DNA from: a virus
DNA length: 43,331 bases
Direction: 5' to 3' (one strand)
Virus record (IMG/VR): IMGVR_UViG_3300044856_000108
Coordinates: 1-43,331 of that record
Each line of letters begins with the position of its first letter. Position 1 is the stretch's first letter. The notes beneath the pieces are model-generated. The model was not told the origin of the DNA and made no database searches. It saw only the letters and a program-made list of their open reading frames with translations. A program made the position numbers and the translations under genes. Below, piece by piece: positions 25,501 to 32,602 of this stretch.

Positions 25501-26728
25501 CCTTTACAAATTGCGACTTTGCTGCCAAAGAGTTTCCGAGGCCGACCCATGCGGCTTTCATTCGGCCTATTGCCGTGGCACTCTCGCTTGCACTTTTGAC
25601 GTATGCGTCTTTGTATGTCTGCTGCAATTTCACGGCCTCCTGGGCACGTTTGTTGGCTTCCTCTTGCGCAGCCTTTGCTTCCTTGTTGCTGCGTGAGAAC
25701 ATGTAGAGAGCACCGACAACCGACAGGATTGCCGTCGCTAAAAGGACATAAGGATTGGCGTTGGCAACAATGTTGAACGCTTTTTGCGCCACCGTGGCGG
25801 CAATGGTGGCTACCGTGCCACGCTTTTGCGCAGCTGCGGCCAGTTCTTCGGCCTTTGTCTTGGCGGCTGTCTGGATAGCCGCAACCTTGAGCATTAGTGT
25901 GGAGCTCTTTAGTGTTGCAGTCTGGATTGAGGTCAGAGAATTGGTTATGGCCATCGCTGACGACAAGTCGGCTTGCACCTCGATGGCATCTTTCGTCTGC
26001 AGACCGAACAGCTGCATTGCGCCCATTGCGCCACCGGCCACGTCGGTTGTCAGTGTCAGCCCACTTGTTATTGCATTGAAAGTGGCAGTGGGTGAAGCAA
26101 GGTTCTTCAACGTCTTGTTCGTGGCGTTCATCGTCACGCGCAGCTCCGCAGCTTTCTGCTTGAGCTGCTCCATTTGCCGCACCAGCTCTTGCCCTGCCGC
26201 ACCGCTCTTTTCCGTGTCAGATAGTGCGGCATACTCGGTCTTGAGCTGCATCAGCTCGTTGGTCGTCTGGCGCAGTTGTGTGCGGAATGAGGCATTGCTG
26301 CCCCCGGTGGATTCCTGCTGCGCCTTAATTTCTTGAAGCAGTTGCTTCATGTCAGCAAGTGCTTGTTTCTCGGCATTAAGCTCTCTTTCGGTCGCCCTTG
26401 CCTGTGCCCCCATTCGTTGCCCGGCCGTGGTCGTGTTGTTTGCAGCGGCCTTATAGCGGTTATACTCGTTCTGCAATTGCTGCACAACGGCCTTTTGTGC
26501 GTTGATGCGCTGTGTCAGCTCATTGCTTGTCTGCTTGAAGGCGCGTGCAGCCGCGCCAGCTCCATTAAAGCCCTGCGTAATGTATTTGTCGACGAAGACA
26601 CCATATCTTGCCGCACGGTCACCAATCTGCTTGAAATAGTCACTCGCTTCTTGCGCACTCTGCCGCAAGCCATCGGTGTTTAAGCCGATAGAGTAATTAA
26701 TTCCTCTGTTGTTGTTACTTTTTGCCAT
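22502..26728 (-). CDS. tape measure protein
   Basis: 1408 aa, rich in Ala, Gln and Lys with coiled-coil character and central hydrophobic segments. The position downstream of the chaperones is canonical. Confidence 0.85.
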   Translation of the reverse strand: MAKSNNNRGINYSIGLNTDGLRQSAQEASDYFKQIGDRAARYGVFVDKYITQGFNGAGAAARAFKQTSNELTQRINAQKAVVQQLQNEYNRYKAAANNTTTAGQRMGAQARATERELNAEKQALADMKQLLQEIKAQQESTGGSNASFRTQLRQTTNELMQLKTEYAALSDTEKSGAAGQELVRQMEQLKQKAAELRVTMNATNKTLKNLASPTATFNAITSGLTLTTDVAGGAMGAMQLFGLQTKDAIEVQADLSSAMAITNSLTSIQTATLKSSTLMLKVAAIQTAAKTKAEELAAAAQKRGTVATIAATVAQKAFNIVANANPYVLLATAILSVVGALYMFSRSNKEAKAAQEEANKRAQEAVKLQQTYKDAYVKSASESATAIGRMKAAWVGLGNSLAAKSQFVKENQSAFADLGIAIDNVADAERLFNSNDNLAHFERAMQHRAAAMGAAAAAAELYKKAFELTAQPAKVAKKDFLTKEISREEYERRRRAGDKNIRQELQQDYRAINGPKEYHYYAYDEQAGQLAARRKQAEAEKEAGRYIAQANAIQKRQNDEERKRQAELKSAGVKPASSSSKSSGRRGKADRKNEQAAQRKEIEERKKLAEHLQKELEALQKKNDEAEINAMADGAEKKRKQIVADYNGRKEELEQQQKQWREENKKANATTGENGLTADQTAALVKAQRLNEEQKSKELEALEKEQLQSQLQAMLDYLEKYGTLQEQKYAIAQEYAQKIKEVNASAVSDEEKQWQLKSLQRERDAALSQATAKNLAMNIDWGAAFDGVGNVLADIAKETIKQIEAYMKTAEFKALPAESKKSYTDLRSKLTQETGGTAASPFNFKQWGQISQQVKSYQASVRTLQHQTELHAQAVDNLEKAQNELANATDDSSRQLAKSKVQMAQTAVKATEQALNEAQDTSDSKKADLSNSTQAASNGLKNFASYLNEMKGGSLYGFANGISKLVTSLSKGSDGVAKGLSELGGKIGGIVGTILQILDALGDNPTQFIDDLLNKIGDAISGILEQLPQIIVTIVKDVGKIVQGIIKGIGSWFGGLGGFDWTAYNNMVAIHKELDEVWDDILKKKKEYISESWGYEAAAAQREADALVKSQANAAREMAKLWISAGADWNHHSQGYKLNKNLSAQAKAEAVSVFGEDWQQTIMNISPERLQELLGTGRLAQFWAELRVNAKDFYEYLVEIGNSSEKIKENEEAAQKALTFTDFDSLLDNFNSFFTDLGKTSQDFANDMEKQFRNAVLKGLINDKYKEKLKDFYAKWAKSMADGSLTADEQARLKKEYQQIVDDALKERENIKNNMGWSDDATSQNGTSGGFQSMGQETAEELNGRFAAIQMDTAAMRQGVGRIATSIDEIRGFSLLSLGHLEDISRNTRQLFEIKDTLNDIKKHTQRL

Positions 26729-26750
26729 GCGCCACGTTGATAATTAATAC

Positions 26751-27026
26751 TTACACAAAACCATCTGGGGTGTCGCGGAAGTTCTCCGGATTGTCAGCAT
26801 CGAGACTGGGGTCAAACTTCTTTTCCTCCACATCGTCGTAGTGGGGGAGAGCCGCGGAGTACAGCTGCAAGTTCGCCACACTGATGTCATACAGCACCGT
26901 CGTTACCGGAAGGTGCAGTGTTTCTGCCCAGCCGACTATCATTCCCCATGGACTTGTCGGCTTGGAGCTTCCTGACTGCCCCTTAGCAGATTTGCCGCGG
27001 ACAGGGAAGCTCCAAGCCCGAAAAAA
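26751..27026 (-). CDS. -1 frame extension of the chaperone (GT-like product)
   Basis: The -1 frame is open from the slippery site through the listed ORF 26751..26942. There are no stops in ...FFRAWSFPVRGKSAKGQSGSSKPTSPWGMIVGWAETL.... Confidence 0.6.
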   Translation of the reverse strand, partial: FFRAWSFPVRGKSAKGQSGSSKPTSPWGMIVGWAETLHLPVTTVLYDISVANLQLYSAALPHYDDVEEKKFDPSLDADNPENFRDTPDGFV

Positions 27027-27532
27027 TCGCCAATCTCCAGTGAACTAAGCAGCTCGACAACCAATGCAGCGACTTGCTTTATAGTCATTGTTTCCGCGAT
27101 TTGCCCTGCGAGCCAGTCGAGCTCAAGCATCGTGTGTGGTTGCTCAGACACTTTGAGCTTGCGGCGGTGTGGCAGCAGCTTGCGCCAGCCTGTCACCTCT
27201 TGCGGCTGCTCTGCAACGCGTCGGCGCACATTGACCGTGCGCTTCTCGTTGATGCGCTTTGCGCCGAGCACGAGGGTTGCGGCAATTCTCGTAATCTGCT
27301 TGCAGTCCTTGGCCTTGTGCAGCACTTCCGCAAGAATGTCCTTGGCATTGCGGTTTACAATCGGCATGAAGCTGACCAGCCGGCTTATGAGAAACAACGT
27401 GGCTGGAGTTGGTGGGGCGATGTCGTAGGCCACCCCACCGATTGTCACTTGCCTCGGTGTCTGCAAGATTGTATCAACGGCGAGCCCCTCAAGTGTCGCT
27501 CCCTCCGCGTGTCTGATTTCTTCGTCTGTCAT
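26939..27532 (-). CDS. tail assembly chaperone (G-like)
   Basis: 197 aa, between the major tail and tape measure genes. It contains a slippery heptamer near its 3' end. Confidence 0.7.
   Translation of the reverse strand: MTDEEIRHAEGATLEGLAVDTILQTPRQVTIGGVAYDIAPPTPATLFLISRLVSFMPIVNRNAKDILAEVLHKAKDCKQITRIAATLVLGAKRINEKRTVNVRRRVAEQPQEVTGWRKLLPHRRKLKVSEQPHTMLELDWLAGQIAETMTIKQVAALVVELLSSLEIGDFFGLGASLSAANLLRGSQEAPSRQVHGE
27020..27026 (-). promoter_or_regulatory. programmed -1 frameshift slippery heptamer T_TTT_TTC
   Basis: The zero frame reads gat ttt ttc (G-D-F-F-G). The X_XXY_YYZ pattern is satisfied, and the downstream ORF is in the -1 frame. Confidence 0.6.
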
Positions 27533-27556
27533 AGCCGTCTGGTTTTGATTGGTTTG

Positions 27557-27628
27557 TAGCGGAGGGCGGATTCGAACCGCCGACCTTTAGGTCATGAGCC
27601 TAACGAGCTGCCACTGCTCCACTCCGCA
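27557..27628 (-). tRNA. tRNA-Met (anticodon CAT) with initiator-like features
   Basis: The manual cloverleaf is U-GCGGAG/UG/GAGC-AGUGGCA-GCUC/G/UUAGG-CUCAUGA-CCUAA/AGGUC/GGCGG-UUCGAAU-CCGCC/CUCCGC-U/A. Confidence 0.85.
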
Positions 27629-27634
27629 ATGTGA

Positions 27635-27660
27635 CCGCCGGCATTGAAAGCCCCCGGCGG
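27635..27660 (-). terminator. stem-loop after the major tail gene
   Basis: CCGCCGG-12 nt-CCGGCGG perfect 7-bp stem lying 30 nt after the stop at 27690. There is no T-run. Confidence 0.45.
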
Positions 27661-27689
27661 TGTGGGCTGCGTAGAAAAATGTAAGGAAG

Positions 27690-28187
27690 TTACTCTGCTG
27701 CCTTTGTTGTTCTCTCGTACCAATATCCGGCCTCGCTAAGGAGAATTCCGAATGTCAAGTCAAGATAGTTGCCGTCTTGCGTACTGTAGCCCGGCTTGAT
27801 GCTCACCGAGCACTTCGGGGCTTTTATGCCGCGCGCGCCGACGTGCAGAGGCTCAACCTCTACACTGAAGTAATCGGACACGACGTGTGTCTTGACCTTG
27901 TAGCTTCCGGTTTCTCCTGCCTCGCCCAATCCGAGCAAGGTATAAACATCGTCACCGGGCTCGATGATGCGAGTTGTCAGCGAGTATGCTCCGGGGAGCA
28001 CCTCGTAACCAACTTGACCTGCGCCCTCCTCCTGCATCTGCAAGGTGTCGCCGTCCTCGGCCGTCAGCTCCGTGGATTGGTACTTCAAGGGCTTGATTTC
28101 CGTAAGGCTTGTGCCCATTGCACCATTTTGCCCAGCCTTGCCAATTTTAATAGTCGGCTTGCTCCATGCCATTATAACAGTTGCCAT
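27690..28187 (-). CDS. major tail protein
   Basis: 165-aa ORF upstream of the chaperone pair, followed by a hairpin. The call rests on position and size. Confidence 0.6.
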   Translation of the reverse strand: MATVIMAWSKPTIKIGKAGQNGAMGTSLTEIKPLKYQSTELTAEDGDTLQMQEEGAGQVGYEVLPGAYSLTTRIIEPGDDVYTLLGLGEAGETGSYKVKTHVVSDYFSVEVEPLHVGARGIKAPKCSVSIKPGYSTQDGNYLDLTFGILLSEAGYWYERTTKAAE

Positions 28188-28220
28188 GAATTCTCTTGAT
28201 TTTAATTGTTGGATAAATAA

Positions 28221-28640
28221 TTACTCGTTCTCGTCAAAACTCTCGTAGCTGATGCGCACCGACACGAAGTGCTGCCGAAGCAGTTCCTCTGACGATGTGG
28301 CGATAGCTTGTGAGAGTTCGATTCTATAGCCAGTGAGGGCAGTCTGCATGCCTTTCACCCAGTCGAGGGCGGCACTCTCGATTTCTGACGTGCGTCGCTT
28401 GTTTTCCACCGGGACACCTGTGCCGTCAGCGTCTATGTCCGGGATATAGACGAGCACCGTAATAGTGCCGCTATCCACTTGCCCGGCCAGCCCGGCCGTG
28501 AACACGACAACAGCGTCTTCCTTGCGGCTGTTTGCCGGCCGTTGCCCATCGTGGTACACGCCGCCGTTTATCAACCGGGCAAGTTCACTGCTTTTCAGCG
28601 ACTTGTAGAAATCTGCCGTTATCTGCGAAGCTGTCCTCAT
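28221..28640 (-). CDS. tail completion or tail terminator-like protein
   Basis: 139-aa ORF in the head-tail joining block. Call rests on position. Confidence 0.5.
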   Translation of the reverse strand: MRTASQITADFYKSLKSSELARLINGGVYHDGQRPANSRKEDAVVVFTAGLAGQVDSGTITVLVYIPDIDADGTGVPVENKRRTSEIESAALDWVKGMQTALTGYRIELSQAIATSSEELLRQHFVSVRISYESFDENE

Positions 28641-28642
28641 TG

Positions 28643-29110
28643 CTATTCTCTGAATAGTTCCTCAATCAATTCACGCACGGCCTTTTTGGCAGACAATTCC
28701 GAGCTGTCGAGCACGTTGTAGCCTTTGGCTGCGACGTAGGCCGCGTAGTGCATGCCGGCCACGACAATCAGTGTTATCCCATCGGGAAACTCTGCGGCCA
28801 AATTCTGGGCATACTCACGGCCAGTTGGCGAGCCTTTGCCAGCCTCATGCTTCGGGTCGTTCCTTGCCGGTACTTGCTCAAATCCTTGCAGGGAGATGAC
28901 ACGTCCGTCTTCAACAATCACAAAGCCAGTGGAGCTGCGCAAGTTGCCTGTCTGGTCTTCGTACGCCTTGCCATTGTACCGGCGAGCCTCATTCACGGCC
29001 TCAAGCCCTATTGCAGTGAGCTCCTCCATCACTTCGGCTCTGGCGTTCTCCAGCACTTCGTCAAGCGAAGCCTTGATTGCTGCTTGCGGTGTTGTCTGTT
29101 TAATCGGCAT
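28643..29110 (-). CDS. HK97 gp10-like tail component
   Basis: ...NARAEVMEELTAIGLEAVNEARRYNGKAYEDQTGNLRSSTGF resembles the gp10-family pattern. Confidence 0.6.
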   Translation of the reverse strand: MPIKQTTPQAAIKASLDEVLENARAEVMEELTAIGLEAVNEARRYNGKAYEDQTGNLRSSTGFVIVEDGRVISLQGFEQVPARNDPKHEAGKGSPTGREYAQNLAAEFPDGITLIVVAGMHYAAYVAAKGYNVLDSSELSAKKAVRELIEELFRE

Positions 29111-29435
29111 GCGATTTGACCGTGATTTTCAGCTGCCCGACGGCCTCCAAAGGTTCGACCGAAGCGACCAAGTAATCTTCCGTCGTGCGGCCTCGGTAAG
29201 TGAGACGCAGGGCGGTGATGTCCGGGTCAACTTCAGCCATGTCAACATAGATGTCGAGTATCGCTGCGGTCACCCTCTCGCTGGTAGCGAGGGCGAGACG
29301 GTTGACTCTCGCCGGCACGACTTGGCACTCAACGGCTTCGCCGTAAGTTCTCTCCGCATCGGTCGGATAGCCATTCTCGTCCAATTCCCCAGGGGATAGG
29401 ACAATTGGCTCGATGTAGCCGTTAGCGATAATCAT
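29100..29435 (-). CDS. head closure or head-tail adaptor protein
   Basis: 111-aa ORF. Call rests on position. Confidence 0.5.
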   Translation of the reverse strand: MIIANGYIEPIVLSPGELDENGYPTDAERTYGEAVECQVVPARVNRLALATSERVTAAILDIYVDMAEVDPDITALRLTYRGRTTEDYLVASVEPLEAVGQLKITVKSHAD

Positions 29436-29770
29436 AGCTTGCTGCCTTTGTAGCCGTACTTGACACCTATGCTTGCCGCCTCGTCAGGCTCGAACTCGTC
29501 GTAAATCCTCATGGCTTTGCGCTTAAAGTCGGCGCGCTGCTCCTCGGTGAAACTGTACGACTGCCCTCCTTGACTGATGTTCGGGGCACAAGCAAGCCAG
29601 ACGAGCAAGTCGGCAGTGGCCAGCCGGTATGATGCGGAAGCCAGCACCTCTTGTGTCGCCTCGTCGCCCATGTCGCACAGCATGAAGCCGCGGCTTTGCG
29701 CCACAGCCATTATCGTGCGTTGCGGAATGGGATAGCCGCTTATGCTCCTTAAAGCGTCTGTAAGTGTCAT
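29432..29770 (-). CDS. head-tail connector protein
   Basis: 112-aa ORF immediately downstream of the capsid gene. Confidence 0.5.
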   Translation of the reverse strand: MTLTDALRSISGYPIPQRTIMAVAQSRGFMLCDMGDEATQEVLASASYRLATADLLVWLACAPNISQGGQSYSFTEEQRADFKRKAMRIYDEFEPDEAASIGVKYGYKGSKL

Positions 29771-29803
29771 TGTGCGAATGATTAAGTGTGGTTACTTTTT
29801 AAC

Positions 29804-30895
29804 TCAACTCCACGCTTGCGCGTCGGTTTTTACGTACACGTTGCGATATGCGCTGTCGAACACCGGGATTGCGTCGGCTTGGCCGATTGTTACCTCTGAT
29901 GTAGGCTCTGCTGTACCGTATTTCTTGATTACGGTATGGGCGCGCTCCGCACGGATAATTGCCGGATTGTCCTCCTTGAGAATGTCGTACTGCGTGCGAC
30001 CGAGGGTCTCGCTCTCGGTGAGCACAATGCGTCCGTCCTCGAATGGATTGCCAGACGACACGCTGCCGTCTTGAAGTTCACGCGTAATTGTCTGGTCGAT
30101 TACTCTCAGCTGAATGCCGTTAAGCCATGCTTGCCGTGCAAGCATTGAGTTAACTTGTGTGAGGTCGGGAGTTTGGGCGATGTTCAATGCGTTTGACGCG
30201 AATGACGCGCAAGCCTTGATGATTTGGTCGCAGCTTGCAATCTTGTAGAACTCATCGAGGTTCAAGAACGCAAACTTCGGATTCAAGCCGCGGCTCTTAG
30301 CCTCCTTGATGATTGTCACCAAGTCGCCGATAACGTCGGCAGAGGTACGGTTGCCCCAGTCGGAATTGGTCTTGACTTTAGCCTCTGCGTCAACGTCATA
30401 GTCAAGGTCAAACTCATTGGCGAATGTTGCGTTGTTGCTGGTTGTGAATTTCATCACACCGGCATTGCTCACCAGCTGCCATGCGATAAACTCCAGCTCT
30501 GACTGCACTCCGTCGAAGCAGAAATCCACGTCCTCTCCCCAGAACTGGGCGAGCTTCGTCGCGTCTGCGTCCTTGGCAAAAGCCAAGGCGGTCTGATAGT
30601 CTTTCAACTCCGAACGCTTCATCTCACGCGAGATTGCGATGAACGGAATATCGCCTTTTGCGCTCTCGAAAATCGGGCGGCGTTTGCGAACGATAGTGCC
30701 GTTGTCAGAATGGAGGTCCGCGGCCACATGAGCCTTTGAAAGCTGATTTTGCAGCGTAGTCCAGCTAAATCCGTTGATTTTCTTCACTGGGAAGTAAGTC
30801 CCGAAAAGGAATGGCTTCGCATCGGCGGTGTTCAAGCGAGCTTGCACCATCTGCTGCGACAGCCCTTGAATGAGGGTGTTAACTATTGTTGCCAT
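29804..30895 (-). CDS. major capsid protein
   Basis: 363 aa. Its place in the scaffold, decoration, capsid order is lambda-like. Confidence 0.7.
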   Translation of the reverse strand: MATIVNTLIQGLSQQMVQARLNTADAKPFLFGTYFPVKKINGFSWTTLQNQLSKAHVAADLHSDNGTIVRKRRPIFESAKGDIPFIAISREMKRSELKDYQTALAFAKDADATKLAQFWGEDVDFCFDGVQSELEFIAWQLVSNAGVMKFTTSNNATFANEFDLDYDVDAEAKVKTNSDWGNRTSADVIGDLVTIIKEAKSRGLNPKFAFLNLDEFYKIASCDQIIKACASFASNALNIAQTPDLTQVNSMLARQAWLNGIQLRVIDQTITRELQDGSVSSGNPFEDGRIVLTESETLGRTQYDILKEDNPAIIRAERAHTVIKKYGTAEPTSEVTIGQADAIPVFDSAYRNVYVKTDAQAWS

Positions 30896-30908
30896 GTGTC
30901 TTCAAGAA

Positions 30909-31469
30909 TTAACCGTGAATTTTTACAAATCCCTTTGGTAATGCTGCCTCCGGGAAATTAACATCATTGATTACTCCGATGAGCCAAGCGTCGGTGATTA
31001 CATTGCTGTTTGGCTCGATGGGCTTTCCAGTGCCTACGAGTGCGTCAACTGCGTGTTTCAACGCCGCGCCCGATGCGGTCTGTTCCTCGGTAGCTTCCAC
31101 GAGCGCCGCGCCGGCATTGATAGTGCCGAGAGCGGCCGACAGCGTAAGGGTGTCGTAACCTTTGGCTGATGTGTCAATTTTGCTCACCGAGGCAGCTTTC
31201 TCGCCAACGGTCATGAGCAGTACGTCACCAACTTTGAGATTGTGCGTTTTCTCGACTTTAACCGAGGTGCTGGTTGTCTTTTCGGCAACTCTTGCGATTT
31301 TCAAAGCATGCCATTTGCCTCCACTGAAGTAGAGGGGGGTGCTTTCCGCAAGGTAATCGCCACCAAGCTCGCTCGTCACAACGGAAACTCCACCACGCAC
31401 GTCAGCGATGCGGTGCATGATGTACTCCTTGGTGCGCGAATCCTTGGTCTTCTTTACGGTCATTACCAT
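30909..31469 (-). CDS. head decoration-like protein
   Basis: 186-aa ORF between the scaffold and capsid genes. Confidence 0.5.
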   Translation of the reverse strand: MVMTVKKTKDSRTKEYIMHRIADVRGGVSVVTSELGGDYLAESTPLYFSGGKWHALKIARVAEKTTSTSVKVEKTHNLKVGDVLLMTVGEKAASVSKIDTSAKGYDTLTLSAALGTINAGAALVEATEEQTASGAALKHAVDALVGTGKPIEPNSNVITDAWLIGVINDVNFPEAALPKGFVKIHG

Positions 31470-31504
31470 GTGATTGTTGCTTTAATGGGTTGATAAAAAA
31501 GAGA

Positions 31505-32218
31505 TTAGAACGGCTGTGCATCGGCGTTTGGCTTGCCCTCGCGGTGTGCGATTGCTTCCATCTGCTCCTTTGTCAGTTCCGTATTTCCGCCGTTGCCGCC
31601 GGGAACCACCGACGGTTGCCCGAAGATTGCGCCTTTGGCGTTCATGTCGGCCTGCATACCACTGACCTCATTGGTGATGTCGGTGACGAGTGTAGAAAAC
31701 TCCTCATCGCTCAAGTTGTCAACTGGCGTGCGAGCATAAGCCTTGCGCAATGACTCTGGTAACTTTGATGTGATTTCGGCGAGGCGTGCCTGTCTGGTTT
31801 CGGTGACTTTACCCCTCTTTATGTTCGCCAGCTCATCGACGAGTCGTTTGTTGTTGTCGATTAGAGCTTGTGCCCAAGCCGGGATTTGGCTCTCCGCCCC
31901 CTGCTGTTGGTTCGCTCCGTTGCCGCCATCGTCATGGCCGGCAGCGTTACCCCCATTGTTGCTGTTGATTGATACACCGTCTTTCAGATTGTACTTACTT
32001 TCGTAATTCTTGACAGCAGTCTTGCTCGCCTCGGTAGCGCGGCTGTCACCATAGTTTTCAAAAAGCTGTTGCATGGTAACTGCCTCGGCCGCAGCCTTGG
32101 CGGCCTCCTCTGTTGCGGCTTGCATTGCCAATTTGTCGGCAACTCGGCCGAGAATGTTGTCACTGACCCCCTCAAATCTGGCTTTCATTCCGTCGAAAAT
32201 AAGCTGTCGAAATTTCAT
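31505..32218 (-). CDS. scaffolding protein
   Basis: 237 aa, helical and rich in Ala, Glu and Gln. It is the first gene after the AT-rich gap. Confidence 0.6.
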   Translation of the reverse strand: MKFRQLIFDGMKARFEGVSDNILGRVADKLAMQAATEEAAKAAAEAVTMQQLFENYGDSRATEASKTAVKNYESKYNLKDGVSINSNNGGNAAGHDDGGNGANQQQGAESQIPAWAQALIDNNKRLVDELANIKRGKVTETRQARLAEITSKLPESLRKAYARTPVDNLSDEEFSTLVTDITNEVSGMQADMNAKGAIFGQPSVVPGGNGGNTELTKEQMEAIAHREGKPNADAQPF

Positions 32219-32248
32219 AGCGTGTCTTTTATTAAATTATTAGGTTTA

Positions 32249-32256
32249 CAAAAATA
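32249..32256 (-). promoter_or_regulatory. candidate -7 box (TATTTTTG) for the head operon
   Basis: It matches TAnnTTTG on the minus strand, about 30 nt upstream of the ATG at 32218. Confidence 0.35.
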
Positions 32257-32512
32257 GATTTAATTTATTATAATAACAACTAATCGGTGTATTTTTACAC
32301 AAAAAATATTGTAAAAACACAAGATGTGGTATTTGTGCTGTTGCAAAATGGTAAAGTAATGGTATAAAATGGCAATAAAATTGTAAAGAAAATGCGTAAG
32401 AGGGTAGCCGCTGACACACAACAAGTTAACGAAAATAAAAAACCACAAAACCCCAGAGGAAACCCCATACTAAAAAAAACGCCAAAAATATTTTTATTCC
32501 AGATATTTGTTA

Positions 32513-32602
32513 TATATTTGCATCAGAAGATGAATAAGCCAATCCAAGTAAGGCTATTGATTGTAGTTCAATAGGTTGCTGCTTGAATTGGCTTTCTTTT
32601 TT
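32513..32602 (+). ncRNA. candidate small plus-strand transcript: a -7 box plus a nested hairpin and T-run
   Basis: TATATTTG lies at 32513-32520. AAGCCAATCCAAG (32536-32548) pairs with CTTGAATTGGCTT (32582-32594). An inner hairpin is CTATTGA-ttgtagt-TCAATAG, and the structure is followed by TCTTTTTT. Confidence 0.3.

Noticed and set aside
32260-32448. 62-aa minus-strand ORF downstream of MuF, considered as a possible immunity protein
   Set aside because: Its Phe/Tyr/Ile/Asn/His-rich composition is what translation of AT-rich non-coding DNA produces. I could not exclude it entirely.
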